Shown piece after piece: positions 46,195 to 55,521 of a stretch of DNA of 64,000 nucleotides; position 1 is the first letter of the stretch; each line of letters opens with the position of its first letter. Source of the stretch: Desulfovibrio sp. Its GTDB lineage: Bacteria; Desulfobacterota; Desulfovibrionia; Desulfovibrionales; Desulfovibrionaceae. The position numbers and the translations under genes were made by a program. The notes under the pieces are model-generated. The model searched no databases. It had not been told where the DNA came from and worked only from the letters and a program-made list of their open reading frames with translations. The stretch is from NCBI GenBank assembly GCA_016208105.1, contig JACQYS010000019.1, positions 76,494 to 140,493 of the forward strand. Direction: 5' to 3'.

Positions 46195-48404
46195 GCCCCG
46201 AGCTGGCCGACCTCTCCCTGCTGGAACTCTTCGCCATGGAGCTCCAAACCCACCACCAGGCCATGGAAGACGGTCTGGTGGGTCTGGAAACCGACGCCCG
46301 TCCGGAACTTCTGGAATCACTCATGCGCGCCGCCCATTCCATCAAAGGCGCGGCCCGCATCGTGAACCTGGACCAGGCAGTGGGTCTGGCCCACGCCATG
46401 GAAGACATGTTTCAGGCTGTCCAGAAAGGGCAGTTCCAGTTGGGGTCAGCCCATGTCGATTCCCTGCTCAAGGCCAACGATTTTTTCGGCCGGCTTGGTT
46501 CCGCCCCTCCTACCGAGATGCCCGCCCTGCTCGAATCTTCGATCGCGGAAGCGGACATGCTCTCCCAGGAGCTCACACGCCTCATGGACGCTCCTCCCCA
46601 GGGACAGGGCCAGACCTCGCCCGTACCGCACCCCCACGCGGGCACTCCGGCTCAGTCACCCCAGGAGAACGCTCAGGAAGCCGTGGTCAGACTCTCCGCG
46701 GACCTGCTGGGAAGGCTCATGGGGCTTGCCGGACAGTGCCTGGTGGAAGCCGGGGCCCTGGGCCGCCTATTCTCCAGGATGCGGGGCGGCAGACGGGATT
46801 TCCATGATCTTGCGGACATCCTGGCCTGGCTGCGCTCCAACCTGTCCGAATCCGAAGCCAAGGCTCATGTGGATCGCGCTTTGGAGCTTATCAAGGGTAT
46901 GACCGGCTCTTACTCGCATGTGCTCGGCACCATGGATGGCCTCACCCGGCGCATGGAAATACTCTCGGACCGGCTGTACACCCAGGTTCTGGGCAGCCGC
47001 ATGCGCCCCTTTGGCGAAGGTGCCAAACCATTGCCCCGCATGGTCCGCGACATCGCCAAGCAACTGGGCAAGGATGCCCGCCTCGTCCTGGAGGGGGCCA
47101 AAACCCACGTGGACCGCGACATCATGGAGCTGCTGGAAGCCCCGCTCATGCATCTGGCCCGCAACGCCGTGGACCATGGTTTGGAAGTCCCGGAAGAACG
47201 GACCAGGCTCGGCAAACCAGGGCAGGGAACCTTAACCCTTGGCGCTCGCCATGTGGCCGGAACTTTGGAAATCCGCCTGGGTGACGACGGCCGCGGCATC
47301 GACCTGGAGAAACTGCGCGAGACCGTGGTGCAAAAGGGCCTGGCCACCCCGGACATGGCCTTGCGCATGAGCGACGCGGAACTCTTCGACTTTCTCTTCC
47401 TGCCGGGATTCACCACCGCTGAAACCATTACCCATGTATCCGGCCGGGGAGTGGGGCTGGATTCGGTAAAAACCATGGTTCAGGGAGTGGGGGGACATGT
47501 CCGGGTCGAATCCTCCCTTGGCAAGGGCACGGTCTTCATCCTGCGCCTGCCGGTGAGCTGCTCCGTTATTCGGGCTCTCGTGGTCCAGGTGGCTGGCGAA
47601 CCCTATGCCCTGCCCCTGGCGCGCATTGGGAGAGTTGTGTCAGCAGGGCCGGATGAAGTCCTCTCCATCGAAGGCAGACAGTATCTGACCCTGGACGGTG
47701 CCAACATCGGCTTGGCGCCGGCATCGCAGATTCTCGGCAAGCCCCCCGCCCCGACCATTGGCGAGGAGTTGCCCGTGGTCGTCCTCCAGGGTGAATCCAG
47801 CCGTTTCGGCCTGGCCGTTGACGCTTTTCTCGGAGAACGCGATCTGGTGGTGCATCCGCTGGATCTTCGCCTTGGCAAAGTCCCGAACGTGGCCGCCGCA
47901 TCCATTCTGGACGATGGAGCGCCGGTGCTCATCCTGGACGAGGCGGACCTGGCCCGGTCGCTGGAAAGCCTGCTGACCGAAGGCCGCCTGGCCAAGGTCG
48001 GATCGGTCGCACCCACAGGACCGGCACGTGGCCCCAAAAAAGTGCTCGTTGTGGACGACTCCCTCACTGTGCGGGAAGTGGAACGCCAGCTCCTGGCCGG
48101 GCGCGGCTACCAGGCCGTGACCGCCGTGGACGGGATGGAAGGCCTCGCCCTGGCAAGCATCGGCGAGTTCGACCTCATCATCACGGATGTCGACATGCCG
48201 CGCATGACCGGGATCGAGCTCACCCGGAGAATAAAGGCCGATCCGGCCCTAACCCGTACGCCAGTCATGATCGTTTCTTACAAGGACCGCCCGGAAGACC
48301 GCATGGCCGGCCTTGAGGCCGGAGCGGACTATTACCTGGCGAAATCCGGATTTCGCGACGACGCCTTGTTGGACGCCGTTTTCGACCTCATCGGGGGACC
48401 TTGA
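46191..48404 (+). CDS. cheA: hybrid CheA histidine kinase with C-terminal receiver (WspE-like)
   Basis: Hpt (RAAHSIKGAARIV), HATPase (HLARNAVDHG...DDGRGID...GRGVGLD), CheW-like P5 and a C-terminal REC (VLVVDDSLTVRE...DLIITDVDMPRMTG). Confidence 0.93.
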   Translation: MSPELADLSLLELFAMELQTHHQAMEDGLVGLETDARPELLESLMRAAHSIKGAARIVNLDQAVGLAHAMEDMFQAVQKGQFQLGSAHVDSLLKANDFFGRLGSAPPTEMPALLESSIAEADMLSQELTRLMDAPPQGQGQTSPVPHPHAGTPAQSPQENAQEAVVRLSADLLGRLMGLAGQCLVEAGALGRLFSRMRGGRRDFHDLADILAWLRSNLSESEAKAHVDRALELIKGMTGSYSHVLGTMDGLTRRMEILSDRLYTQVLGSRMRPFGEGAKPLPRMVRDIAKQLGKDARLVLEGAKTHVDRDIMELLEAPLMHLARNAVDHGLEVPEERTRLGKPGQGTLTLGARHVAGTLEIRLGDDGRGIDLEKLRETVVQKGLATPDMALRMSDAELFDFLFLPGFTTAETITHVSGRGVGLDSVKTMVQGVGGHVRVESSLGKGTVFILRLPVSCSVIRALVVQVAGEPYALPLARIGRVVSAGPDEVLSIEGRQYLTLDGANIGLAPASQILGKPPAPTIGEELPVVVLQGESSRFGLAVDAFLGERDLVVHPLDLRLGKVPNVAAASILDDGAPVLILDEADLARSLESLLTEGRLAKVGSVAPTGPARGPKKVLVVDDSLTVREVERQLLAGRGYQAVTAVDGMEGLALASIGEFDLIITDVDMPRMTGIELTRRIKADPALTRTPVMIVSYKDRPEDRMAGLEAGADYYLAKSGFRDDALLDAVFDLIGGP

Positions 48405-48994
48405 TGCCTTCACCTTTTCGTTCCGATACTCCGGTGCTGGCCATCGGCGCGTCCACAGGAGGTCCCACGGCCGTGGCCGAACTCCTGGCCGCCTTGCCGG
48501 ACACCCTCTCCGCGGCTGTGCTCGTGGTCCAGCACCTTGATCTGAGCTTCAGCAAGAACTTGGCCGACATGCTCGGTTCCCAGGCTTCCTTGCCCGTGTC
48601 CCTGGCCGAATCAGGCGACCGCCTGAAGCCCGGAAAAGTCTTTGTCGCCAAGGGGGGAGACCACATGGTCTTGTCTTCAGTGAACACGCTCGAATACCGG
48701 CGGGAACCGGCGGACAATCCTTACCGGCCCTCCATCGACGCCCTTTTCGAAAGTCTGGCCAAAGCAGGACTTCCACCTGGTGTGGCCGTCCTGCTCACCG
48801 GCATGGGCAACGACGGAGCTCACGGACTGCTCACCCTCAAGAAGGCGGGGTGGTTCACCATTGCTCAAGATCAAAGCACAAGCGCCGTCTACGGCATGCC
48901 GAAGGCCGCCCGTGAACTTGGAGCTGCGGACCTGATCCTCCCGCTCTCGGCCATCGCCTCCCAGGCCGCCAAACACCTGCCCCGCCATGACTGA
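48401..48994 (+). CDS. cheB: CheB-type MCP methylesterase, catalytic domain only (no receiver)
   Basis: 197 aa with GASTGGP (Ser), VVQHL (His) and TGMGNDG (Asp) catalytic-triad contexts. There is no N-terminal REC domain. Confidence 0.9.
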   Translation: MMPSPFRSDTPVLAIGASTGGPTAVAELLAALPDTLSAAVLVVQHLDLSFSKNLADMLGSQASLPVSLAESGDRLKPGKVFVAKGGDHMVLSSVNTLEYRREPADNPYRPSIDALFESLAKAGLPPGVAVLLTGMGNDGAHGLLTLKKAGWFTIAQDQSTSAVYGMPKAARELGAADLILPLSAIASQAAKHLPRHD

Positions 48995-50147
48995 TCCTTC
49001 CGCTGGCCCCGAACCATCGGTCACGGTGCTTTTGGTTGATGATCAGCCCATGGTGGCCGAGGCTGTGCGCCGCATGCTCGCCCCGGAAACCGACATCGCC
49101 TTCCACAGCGTTCAGGACCCGGCCAAAGCGCTGCCCGCCGCACTTGAAGCGCACCCCACAGTGGTGCTTTTGGATCTGGTCATGCCGGACATCGATGGGC
49201 TGACCCTGGTGAAATATTTCCGGGCGCATCCCAAGCTCAAAGACCTGCCCCTGGTTGTGCTTTCAACCAAGGAAGAGGCCGAAACCAAGGCCCAGGCCTT
49301 TGGCCTTGGAGCCAACGATTACCTGGTGAAACTGCCGGACCGCATAGAGCTGGTGGCCAGAATCCGACACCACTCCCAAGGCTACACGCGCCTGTTGGAA
49401 AGAAACCGGGCATACCAGGAGCTGGCGCGCCAGCTGGACCAGGCGGCGCAATATGTCCGGAACCTTCTGCCCAAACCGATTGAGGACGGGCCTATACGTA
49501 CGCAGTGGCTTTTCGAGCCGTCGGCCCAGCTTGGAGGCGACGCCCTCGGGTATCATTTTATCGATGAATATCGCTTCGCCTTTTATCTCTTGGACGTGTG
49601 CGACCACGGCGTTGGCCCTGCCCTTCTCTCGGTCTCGGCGCTCAACGTGCTCAGGTCGCAGACGCTCCCCGGCGTGGATTTCGGCTCTCCAAGCCAGGTC
49701 ATGGCCGGACTGAACATGGTATTTCCCATGTCCAAGCAGAACGACCTGTACTTCACCATATTCTATGGCGTGTACGATTCACGGACAAAGTCCATCCGCT
49801 TCGCAAGCGCGGGCCACCCTCCTCCCTTGCTGTTCCAGGCATCCGGCGAGGTGGAGGAACTGCGCTGCCAGAGCATCTTCATCGGAGCCATGCCCGGCGT
49901 GGACTTCAAGGAAGCTGAGATATCCGTGCACGCACCAGCTCGTCTGCTAGTTTTCTCCGACGGCGCGTACGAAATTCGACGCAAGAGCGCCGGAATGTGG
50001 AGCTACGAGGAATTCAAGGACTACGCAGCCTCCCAGGCCAACTCGTCCGGGCTTGAACTGGGAAGCGTGTTGTCCCACGTCCGGTCACTCTTGGAGCGTG
50101 AGGTCCTAGACGACGACCTGTCGATGTTAAAGATACTGTTCGAATAG
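48987..50147 (+). CDS. response regulator with PP2C (SpoIIE/RsbU-type) phosphatase output
   Basis: REC (VLLVDDQPMVAE...VVLLDLVMPDIDG...K) followed by PP2C/SpoIIE motifs (GGDALGYHFIDE...FYLLDVCDHGVGPAL...SAGHPPPLL...VFSDGAYE). It overlaps cheB by 8 nt. Confidence 0.9.
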   Translation: MTDPSAGPEPSVTVLLVDDQPMVAEAVRRMLAPETDIAFHSVQDPAKALPAALEAHPTVVLLDLVMPDIDGLTLVKYFRAHPKLKDLPLVVLSTKEEAETKAQAFGLGANDYLVKLPDRIELVARIRHHSQGYTRLLERNRAYQELARQLDQAAQYVRNLLPKPIEDGPIRTQWLFEPSAQLGGDALGYHFIDEYRFAFYLLDVCDHGVGPALLSVSALNVLRSQTLPGVDFGSPSQVMAGLNMVFPMSKQNDLYFTIFYGVYDSRTKSIRFASAGHPPPLLFQASGEVEELRCQSIFIGAMPGVDFKEAEISVHAPARLLVFSDGAYEIRRKSAGMWSYEEFKDYAASQANSSGLELGSVLSHVRSLLEREVLDDDLSMLKILFE

Positions 50148-50284
50148 ACCGCTACTAGCGTTCGTTTTTTCACAATCAAAGTAGCACGTCTTTTATTTTC
50201 ATAGCACTATCTGCGGTTTTCCCTCGCAAAACGGACTTTTCACCCTGTTTTTCTCACAAAATGACGAGTTGAACGTCCGTACTC

Positions 50285-50340
50285 CACAAGTTCCACTGGG
50301 TCCAAATACGACTTGTGCGCCAAGTCACAATTTCCACTAG
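50285..50340 (+). repeat. two 15-nt direct repeats (13/15 identical, 41-nt offset) flanking a 6-bp palindrome in the hynB upstream region
   Basis: cacaagttccactgg (50285-50299) and cacaatttccactag (50326-50340). Palindrome gacttg-tgcgc-caagtc at 50310-50326. These lie about 170-220 nt upstream of the hynB ATG, in an AT-richer leader. Confidence 0.45.
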
Positions 50341-50506
50341 AAAAGGACTTCAGGTTATGCTATGGAACTGTCCAGCCTAAGAAAGTCAGGTTTTATGCCT
50401 TTGGATTCACACCGGGGCGGCCTCTGTGGGGGAAGCCGCACGTGGTTTGCAATGAGGCTTTATCAACAACCAACCCAGCCAACCTGTAACGATTTGGGAG
50501 GTCCGT

Positions 50507-51454
50507 ATGCGCGTATCCATTGGTCTTGCCAAGGACGACGCCGAAAAACGCTTGGAAGAAAAGGGCGTCTCCCGCCGCGACTTCATGAAGTTTTGCGCGG
50601 CGGTGGCAACAGCTCTCGGTATGGGGCCCGGCGCAGCCGCTGAAGTGGCCGCCGCCCTGACCGCGAAGAAACGCCCCAGCGTCATCTACTTGCACGGCGC
50701 AGAATGCACCGGCTGCTCCGAGGCCGTGCTGCGCACCTATGAACCCTTCATCGACGCCCTTATCCTCGACACCATAAGCCTCGACTACCATGAAACCATC
50801 ATGGCCGCCGCTGGCGAAGCTGCCGAGAAGGCTTTGAACGACGCCATCAATTCCCCTGACGGTTTCGTCCTCGTGCATGAAGGCGCCATCCCCACCATCG
50901 GAAACGGTACCTGGGGCATGGTTGGCGGACATACCATGGCCGACAACCTGAAGAAATGCGCCGCCAAGGCCAAGGCCATCATCGCCATGGGCACCTGCGC
51001 CACCTTCGGCGGCGTCCAGGCCGCCAAGCCCAATCCCACCCAGGCCGTGTCCGTAAGCGAGTTCCTGGGCCGCAAGGACGTGATCAACATCGCCGGTTGC
51101 CCGCCCAACCCCATCAACTTCGTGGGCGCGGTTGTGGCTTTCCTGAAGGGCGACAAGATCGAGCTCGACTCTCTGCAGCGTCCCAAAGTGTTCTTCGGCA
51201 AGCTGGTGCACGACCTGTGCGAGCGTCTGCCCCACTTCGACAAGGGCGAATTCGCCAAGAGCTTCGACTCACCGGAAGCCAAGAAGGGCTGGTGCCTCTA
51301 TGAGCTCGGTTGCCGCGGACCTGAGACCTACAATAACTGTCCCAAGGTTCTCTTCAACTCGACCAACTGGCCAGTGAAGGCTGGACACCCCTGCATCGGG
51401 TGCTCCGAGCCGAAGTTCTGGGACTCCATGTCCCCGTTCTATTCCGCCCGTTAG
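50507..51454 (+). CDS. hynB: periplasmic [NiFe] hydrogenase small subunit (Tat-exported)
   Basis: Twin-arginine signal [13 protein letters not shown]...AAALTA, then [23 protein letters not shown] and distal Fe-S ligands ([33 protein letters not shown]). It is very close to the Desulfovibrio gigas/fructosovorans small subunit as I recall it. Confidence 0.95.
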   Translation: MRVSIGLAKDDAEKRLEEKGVSRRDFMKFCAAVATALGMGPGAAAEVAAALTAKKRPSVIYLHGAECTGCSEAVLRTYEPFIDALILDTISLDYHETIMAAAGEAAEKALNDAINSPDGFVLVHEGAIPTIGNGTWGMVGGHTMADNLKKCAAKAKAIIAMGTCATFGGVQAAKPNPTQAVSVSEFLGRKDVINIAGCPPNPINFVGAVVAFLKGDKIELDSLQRPKVFFGKLVHDLCERLPHFDKGEFAKSFDSPEAKKGWCLYELGCRGPETYNNCPKVLFNSTNWPVKAGHPCIGCSEPKFWDSMSPFYSAR

Positions 51455-51503
51455 TCTGGTCCGCACGTAGCACGAACCGCAGCACACCTCACGGAGGAAA
51501 GAC

Positions 51504-53195
51504 ATGGCTGACAGCAAGCCTCAGATAATGAAAACGCCCCAGAGCTCCTTCACCGGCCCGGTAGTGGTCGACCCCGTCACCCGCATCGAGGGTCACCTGC
51601 GCATGGTGGTCGAGGTCGAAGGCGGCAAGATCAAAAATGCCTGGAGCTCCTCGCAGCTCTTCCGCGGCCTGGAAATCATCCTCAAAGGACGCGATCCCCG
51701 CGACGCCCAACACTTCACCCAGCGCTCCTGCGGCGTGTGCACCTACGTGCACGCCCTGGCCTCCACCCGCGCGGTGGACAACGCCGTTGGCGTGAACGTG
51801 CCTGAGAACGCCACCATCATGCGCAATCTGGTGATGGCTTCCCAGTACCTGCACGACCACATCGTGCACTTCTATCATCTGCACGCCCTTGACTGGGTGG
51901 ATGTGACCAGCGCTCTGAAGGCCGACCCGGTCGCCGCCGCCAAGATCGCCAACTCCATCTCCAAGCGCAAGACCAAGCCCGAAGACCTGAAGGCCGTTCA
52001 GGACAGGGTGAAGGCCCTGGTCGATTCCGGCCAGCTGGGCATCTTCACCAACGCTTACTTCCTCGGCGGCCACCAGGCCTACTATCTGCCCCCCGAGGTG
52101 AACCTGATCGCCACGGCCCACTACCTGGAAGCCCTGCACCTGCAGGTGAAGGCCGCCAGGGCCATGGCCATCTTCGGCGCCAAGAACCCCCACACCCAGT
52201 TCACCGTGGTGGGCGGCTGCACCAACTACGACGCTCTGCGCCCCGAGCGCATCGCCGAGTTCATGACCCTGTTCAAGGAAGTGAACGCGTTCATCAACGA
52301 ATGCTACATCCCCGACCTGCTGGCCGTGGCTTCCTACTACAAGGACTGGGGCGGCATCGGCGGCACCACCAACTTCATCTGCTTCGGCGAGTTCCCGCAG
52401 AAGGGCGAGCACGGCATGGCCGACCGCTTCCTGCCTGCCGGCTACATCATGAAGCGCGACCTGGCTGGTGTGAAGGACGTGGACCAGAAGCAGATCATGG
52501 AACACGTGGCCCACTCCTGGTACAAGGGCAACGAAGCCAAGCACCCCTACGAGGGCGTCACCGATCCCCAGTACACCAACCTGGAGGACAAGGACCGTTA
52601 CTCCTGGATGAAGGCCCCCCGCTACATGGGTGAGCCCATGGAAACCGGCCCGCTGGCCAAAGTCCTGGTGGCTTACGCCAAGGGGCACAAAGCCACGGTG
52701 AAGACCGTGGACATGGTTCTGAAGAACCTGGGCGTTGGCAAGGAAGCCCTGTTCTCCACCCTGGGCCGCACCGCTGCCCGCGGCATCGAGACCGCGGTCA
52801 TCGCCGGCGAGATAGAAGGCTGGATCAAGAAGCTGGCCGCCAACGTAAAGAAAGGCGACACCAAGCTGTACCAGGACTGGAAGATGCCCGACTCCGCTCA
52901 GGGCGTGGGCTTTGTCGACGCTCCCCGCGGCGCCCTGTCCCACTGGATCGACATCAAGGGCGGCAAGATCAACAACTTCCAGTTGGTCGTGCCCTCCACC
53001 TGGAGCCTTGGGCCCCGCTGCGCGGCCGGCAAGCTCTCCCCGGTGGAAGAAGCCCTGGTCGGCACCCCGATCGCCGATCCCAAGCGCCCGGTTGAAATCC
53101 TGCGCACCATCCACTCCTTCGACCCCTGCATCGCCTGCGGCGTGCACGTGATCGAGCCGGAGTCCAACGAGGTGCTCAGCTTCAAGGTGCTGTAA
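51504..53195 (+). CDS. hynA: periplasmic [NiFe] hydrogenase large subunit
   Basis: N-terminal RIEGH...RSCGVCTYVH (L1/L2 Ni-Fe ligands) and C-terminal DPCIACGVH followed by a 15-aa extension (VIEPESNEVLSFKVL) for endoprotease processing. The ligand is Cys, not Sec, so this is [NiFe] and not [NiFeSe]. Confidence 0.96.
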   Translation: MADSKPQIMKTPQSSFTGPVVVDPVTRIEGHLRMVVEVEGGKIKNAWSSSQLFRGLEIILKGRDPRDAQHFTQRSCGVCTYVHALASTRAVDNAVGVNVPENATIMRNLVMASQYLHDHIVHFYHLHALDWVDVTSALKADPVAAAKIANSISKRKTKPEDLKAVQDRVKALVDSGQLGIFTNAYFLGGHQAYYLPPEVNLIATAHYLEALHLQVKAARAMAIFGAKNPHTQFTVVGGCTNYDALRPERIAEFMTLFKEVNAFINECYIPDLLAVASYYKDWGGIGGTTNFICFGEFPQKGEHGMADRFLPAGYIMKRDLAGVKDVDQKQIMEHVAHSWYKGNEAKHPYEGVTDPQYTNLEDKDRYSWMKAPRYMGEPMETGPLAKVLVAYAKGHKATVKTVDMVLKNLGVGKEALFSTLGRTAARGIETAVIAGEIEGWIKKLAANVKKGDTKLYQDWKMPDSAQGVGFVDAPRGALSHWIDIKGGKINNFQLVVPSTWSLGPRCAAGKLSPVEEALVGTPIADPKRPVEILRTIHSFDPCIACGVHVIEPESNEVLSFKVL

Positions 53196-53217
53196 GCCTT
53201 GGATTGATTCGCATTGA

Positions 53218-53250
53218 AGAGGGGCCGCGAGAGCGGCCCCTTTATTATTT
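53218..53250. terminator. rho-independent terminator after hynA
   Basis: ggggccgc-gaga-gcggcccc stem-loop (53221-53240) followed by tttattattt. An A/G-rich left flank allows weaker function for the convergent minus-strand gene. Confidence 0.75.
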
Positions 53251-53264
53251 CCAGAATACGATTC

Positions 53265-53531
53265 TTACTTGCCACACAGCAATAAGATTTCCCTTCCAGC
53301 AGGCGTGAGCTTCACCTTGGCATGCTGCAATAGTCCCACTGATTTTCCTGATTCCACCACTGTGACTAAAGTATCGCTCAAGCGCAAAAGCGGTTCTTCC
53401 CCTTCGTCACATGCAACAAGAAGCGTGGATTCGTTCATCCACTGTTGCTTGTCTGTAGGAGCCTTCCAGTCCAGGTAGTCGCCGGCGTCTGAAATCCTTT
53501 TGAGCATGTCGAGAAGAATGTTGTCACTCAT
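53265..53531 (-). CDS. hypothetical small protein (88 aa) in low-GC insertion
   Basis: Start MSDNILLDMLKRISD (cat 53529-53531, RBS ggaggcg). It lies downstream of the beta-helix gene (46-nt gap). I recognise no domain. Confidence 0.5.
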   Translation of the reverse strand: MSDNILLDMLKRISDAGDYLDWKAPTDKQQWMNESTLLVACDEGEEPLLRLSDTLVTVVESGKSVGLLQHAKVKLTPAGREILLLCGK

Positions 53532-53577
53532 TACGCCTCCACACCATGACGATAAATACAGGCCACCAAAGACTACC

Positions 53578-55521
53578 TCAATCCTCCGCTCCACAGTCGC
53601 AGAAGCAGACTGGCCGTGATGGAGCAATGCGGGACACCGGGCCGGTCTTATAGAATTTGAGCCCTGAGTACACACTGGACCACAGGGTAACGTATTCGCC
53701 ATTCGCCCCTCTCAGGTCGTCAGGGAGCCAAACCCTTTTGATGCGATGTCCAACCATCTCTTCCGGCAGCTTCGCCCGGAGAACCCGTCCCGAAAGTGCG
53801 GCCTCTACCCATTCTTTTCCCTTCCCCGCCTTCACGCGAATCCGCACCGTTTGTCTGCTTTCCAGGGGTGCGGAAAAGGTCAACACAAGGTCGGATTTGT
53901 CTTCTTCAAAGCGGACCAGCCTTGGCATCTCAGTATAGCTGTCATCACTCTCTTCCGGTTGCAGGAACACGAAAGCCGGACCCACTATCGGCTTCCCGTC
54001 TGATCCGTATGCCCCCATGGGCGTTTCAAGCCCGGACGTCCAGTTTTCGGCTCCTGGCCAATCAACACCTCGGGTAAAGTCCACCGGGCAGCCCCTCGGC
54101 GTTTCTCCTGTCAGACGCATGTCGCCCCTGTTTGGATCCACGAATTCAGCCCCAGGATCGAACACCCCCCTGGCTTCCTGATGGTTGTCCACGATTTTAG
54201 GCGGCCAAGGGATGTTGGTCAGGTCACAGTCGAAGCTGACCCTTGGGTTCCACCCTCCAGGCATGAAGCCGTTTCCCAGGAAACGTTCGTCCCCGGTGTT
54301 GCCATCAGTGAAAGGCCGGAGCACAGCTGGTGGCAGGGGGCACCCAGCCTCCCTGTCCTGCGAAGCCGAGGCTGGCAGCGAATTTCTGAACAGCACCGCG
54401 TTGTTGCGGTGGGTGAGAAACGTTGTCGCCCCGTCCTTTATGAGCGAATTATAGAGAGAATAGCTGTTGTTGAAGGCGAACACCGGACGAGAGGGCATCA
54501 CTCCATCCGAGTCGTATTTGTAAACCTTACCTCCACGGTTCGGGTCCAGTTGGGAGCCTGGCTTGTCCGTTACCCATCCGGTATTGGCGAAATAGTACCA
54601 GAACCCTCCGGCCACCTCGTCCAGGGAGAACCAGGCATGGGCATTGTGGATTGCGTTGTGATGCAGCCACCAATTGGTGGCCGAGCGTTCTGGTTCAACA
54701 GGATTGTCGCGTATACGCAGCATGCGGTTCCCATAAATTTCCACGTTGTGGTTTTGTGATTTCTCCTTCTTCTTGTCGGCCTTCAGGCGTACAGCATTGA
54801 AAGCATCGCAGATGGTATTGTTGCGGAGCACCACGCTGCCCGATATCCCAACACTGCCGAAGATTCCGCCATTGTAGTAGAAGTAGCGCTTACGCTTTGA
54901 ATCAAGCCAAAGCAGATCACGCCACATGGACCCAGTGGGGTCCTGGCGCCAGTGGATGCTCTCCAGCAGGATATGGTGGGTGGCCTGCCCCCGGGCATAC
55001 ACCAAATAGCGGCTGTCCACGGCAGCCACATTGCGAACGGTGATGTAGGATGAGTTCTCGATATAGAGGAAGGTGGGCCAGCAGCTCTCTACCGAGAAAT
55101 TCTCGAATTCGATCCAGGCGCAGTCCGAGAGTTTGAAAAAAGCGAAGTGTTTCATCTCAGGGAGCATGGAGTCGTGCGGCACGCCGCCCAGGCCACCGTT
55201 CAGCACCGTTGCGGTTCCGAGGCCCCGGATGGTGATGGGCACTTCTGGGACCCCCTTGAGCTCGTTTATTTTCACCGGCCGGCAGGTTGGAGGGTTGCCG
55301 GATTCTTCATCGAACAGGATCGGCGGCCAGTATTTTCCAGGCAGAAGCTGGAGGATGTCTCCGGGCCGCACACAGGAGAGCGCATCGCTTATCGTGTGAG
55401 TGGTGAAAAGCAGATCCTTGCCACTGACATGAACCATGCGGCAATCGCCCTTGTAGGTTATGTACAGGATTCGGCGCCCGTTCTCGACCCAATACGGAAG
55501 GGGGAAGATGTCGTCTCGCAT
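53578..55521 (-). CDS. right-handed parallel beta-helix repeat protein (pectate-lyase/NosD-like fold candidate), no signal peptide seen
   Basis: Start MRDDIFPLPYW (cat 55519-55521, RBS aggagcc). It has repeated short hydrophobic/Asn-rich beta-helix-like segments (ITVRNVAAVD, VVLRNNTICDAFNAV, VEIYGNRMLRIRDN, HHNAIHNAHAW, THRNNAVLF). 647 aa with lower GC than its flanks. Confidence 0.65.
   Translation of the reverse strand: MRDDIFPLPYWVENGRRILYITYKGDCRMVHVSGKDLLFTTHTISDALSCVRPGDILQLLPGKYWPPILFDEESGNPPTCRPVKINELKGVPEVPITIRGLGTATVLNGGLGGVPHDSMLPEMKHFAFFKLSDCAWIEFENFSVESCWPTFLYIENSSYITVRNVAAVDSRYLVYARGQATHHILLESIHWRQDPTGSMWRDLLWLDSKRKRYFYYNGGIFGSVGISGSVVLRNNTICDAFNAVRLKADKKKEKSQNHNVEIYGNRMLRIRDNPVEPERSATNWWLHHNAIHNAHAWFSLDEVAGGFWYYFANTGWVTDKPGSQLDPNRGGKVYKYDSDGVMPSRPVFAFNNSYSLYNSLIKDGATTFLTHRNNAVLFRNSLPASASQDREAGCPLPPAVLRPFTDGNTGDERFLGNGFMPGGWNPRVSFDCDLTNIPWPPKIVDNHQEARGVFDPGAEFVDPNRGDMRLTGETPRGCPVDFTRGVDWPGAENWTSGLETPMGAYGSDGKPIVGPAFVFLQPEESDDSYTEMPRLVRFEEDKSDLVLTFSAPLESRQTVRIRVKAGKGKEWVEAALSGRVLRAKLPEEMVGHRIKRVWLPDDLRGANGEYVTLWSSVYSGLKFYKTGPVSRIAPSRPVCFCDCGAED

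Noticed and set aside
50148-50180. Possible terminator after the REC-PP2C gene (cgct-act-agcg followed by ttcgtttttt)
   Set aside because: The stem is only about 4 bp. The T-run is suggestive, but the hairpin is too weak to call.
53100-53195. Possibility that the hydrogenase is a [NiFeSe] enzyme with an in-frame TGA (Sec)
   Set aside because: The C-terminal metal-binding motif reads DPCIACGVH with ordinary Cys codons and no in-frame stop. This is a standard [NiFe] enzyme.
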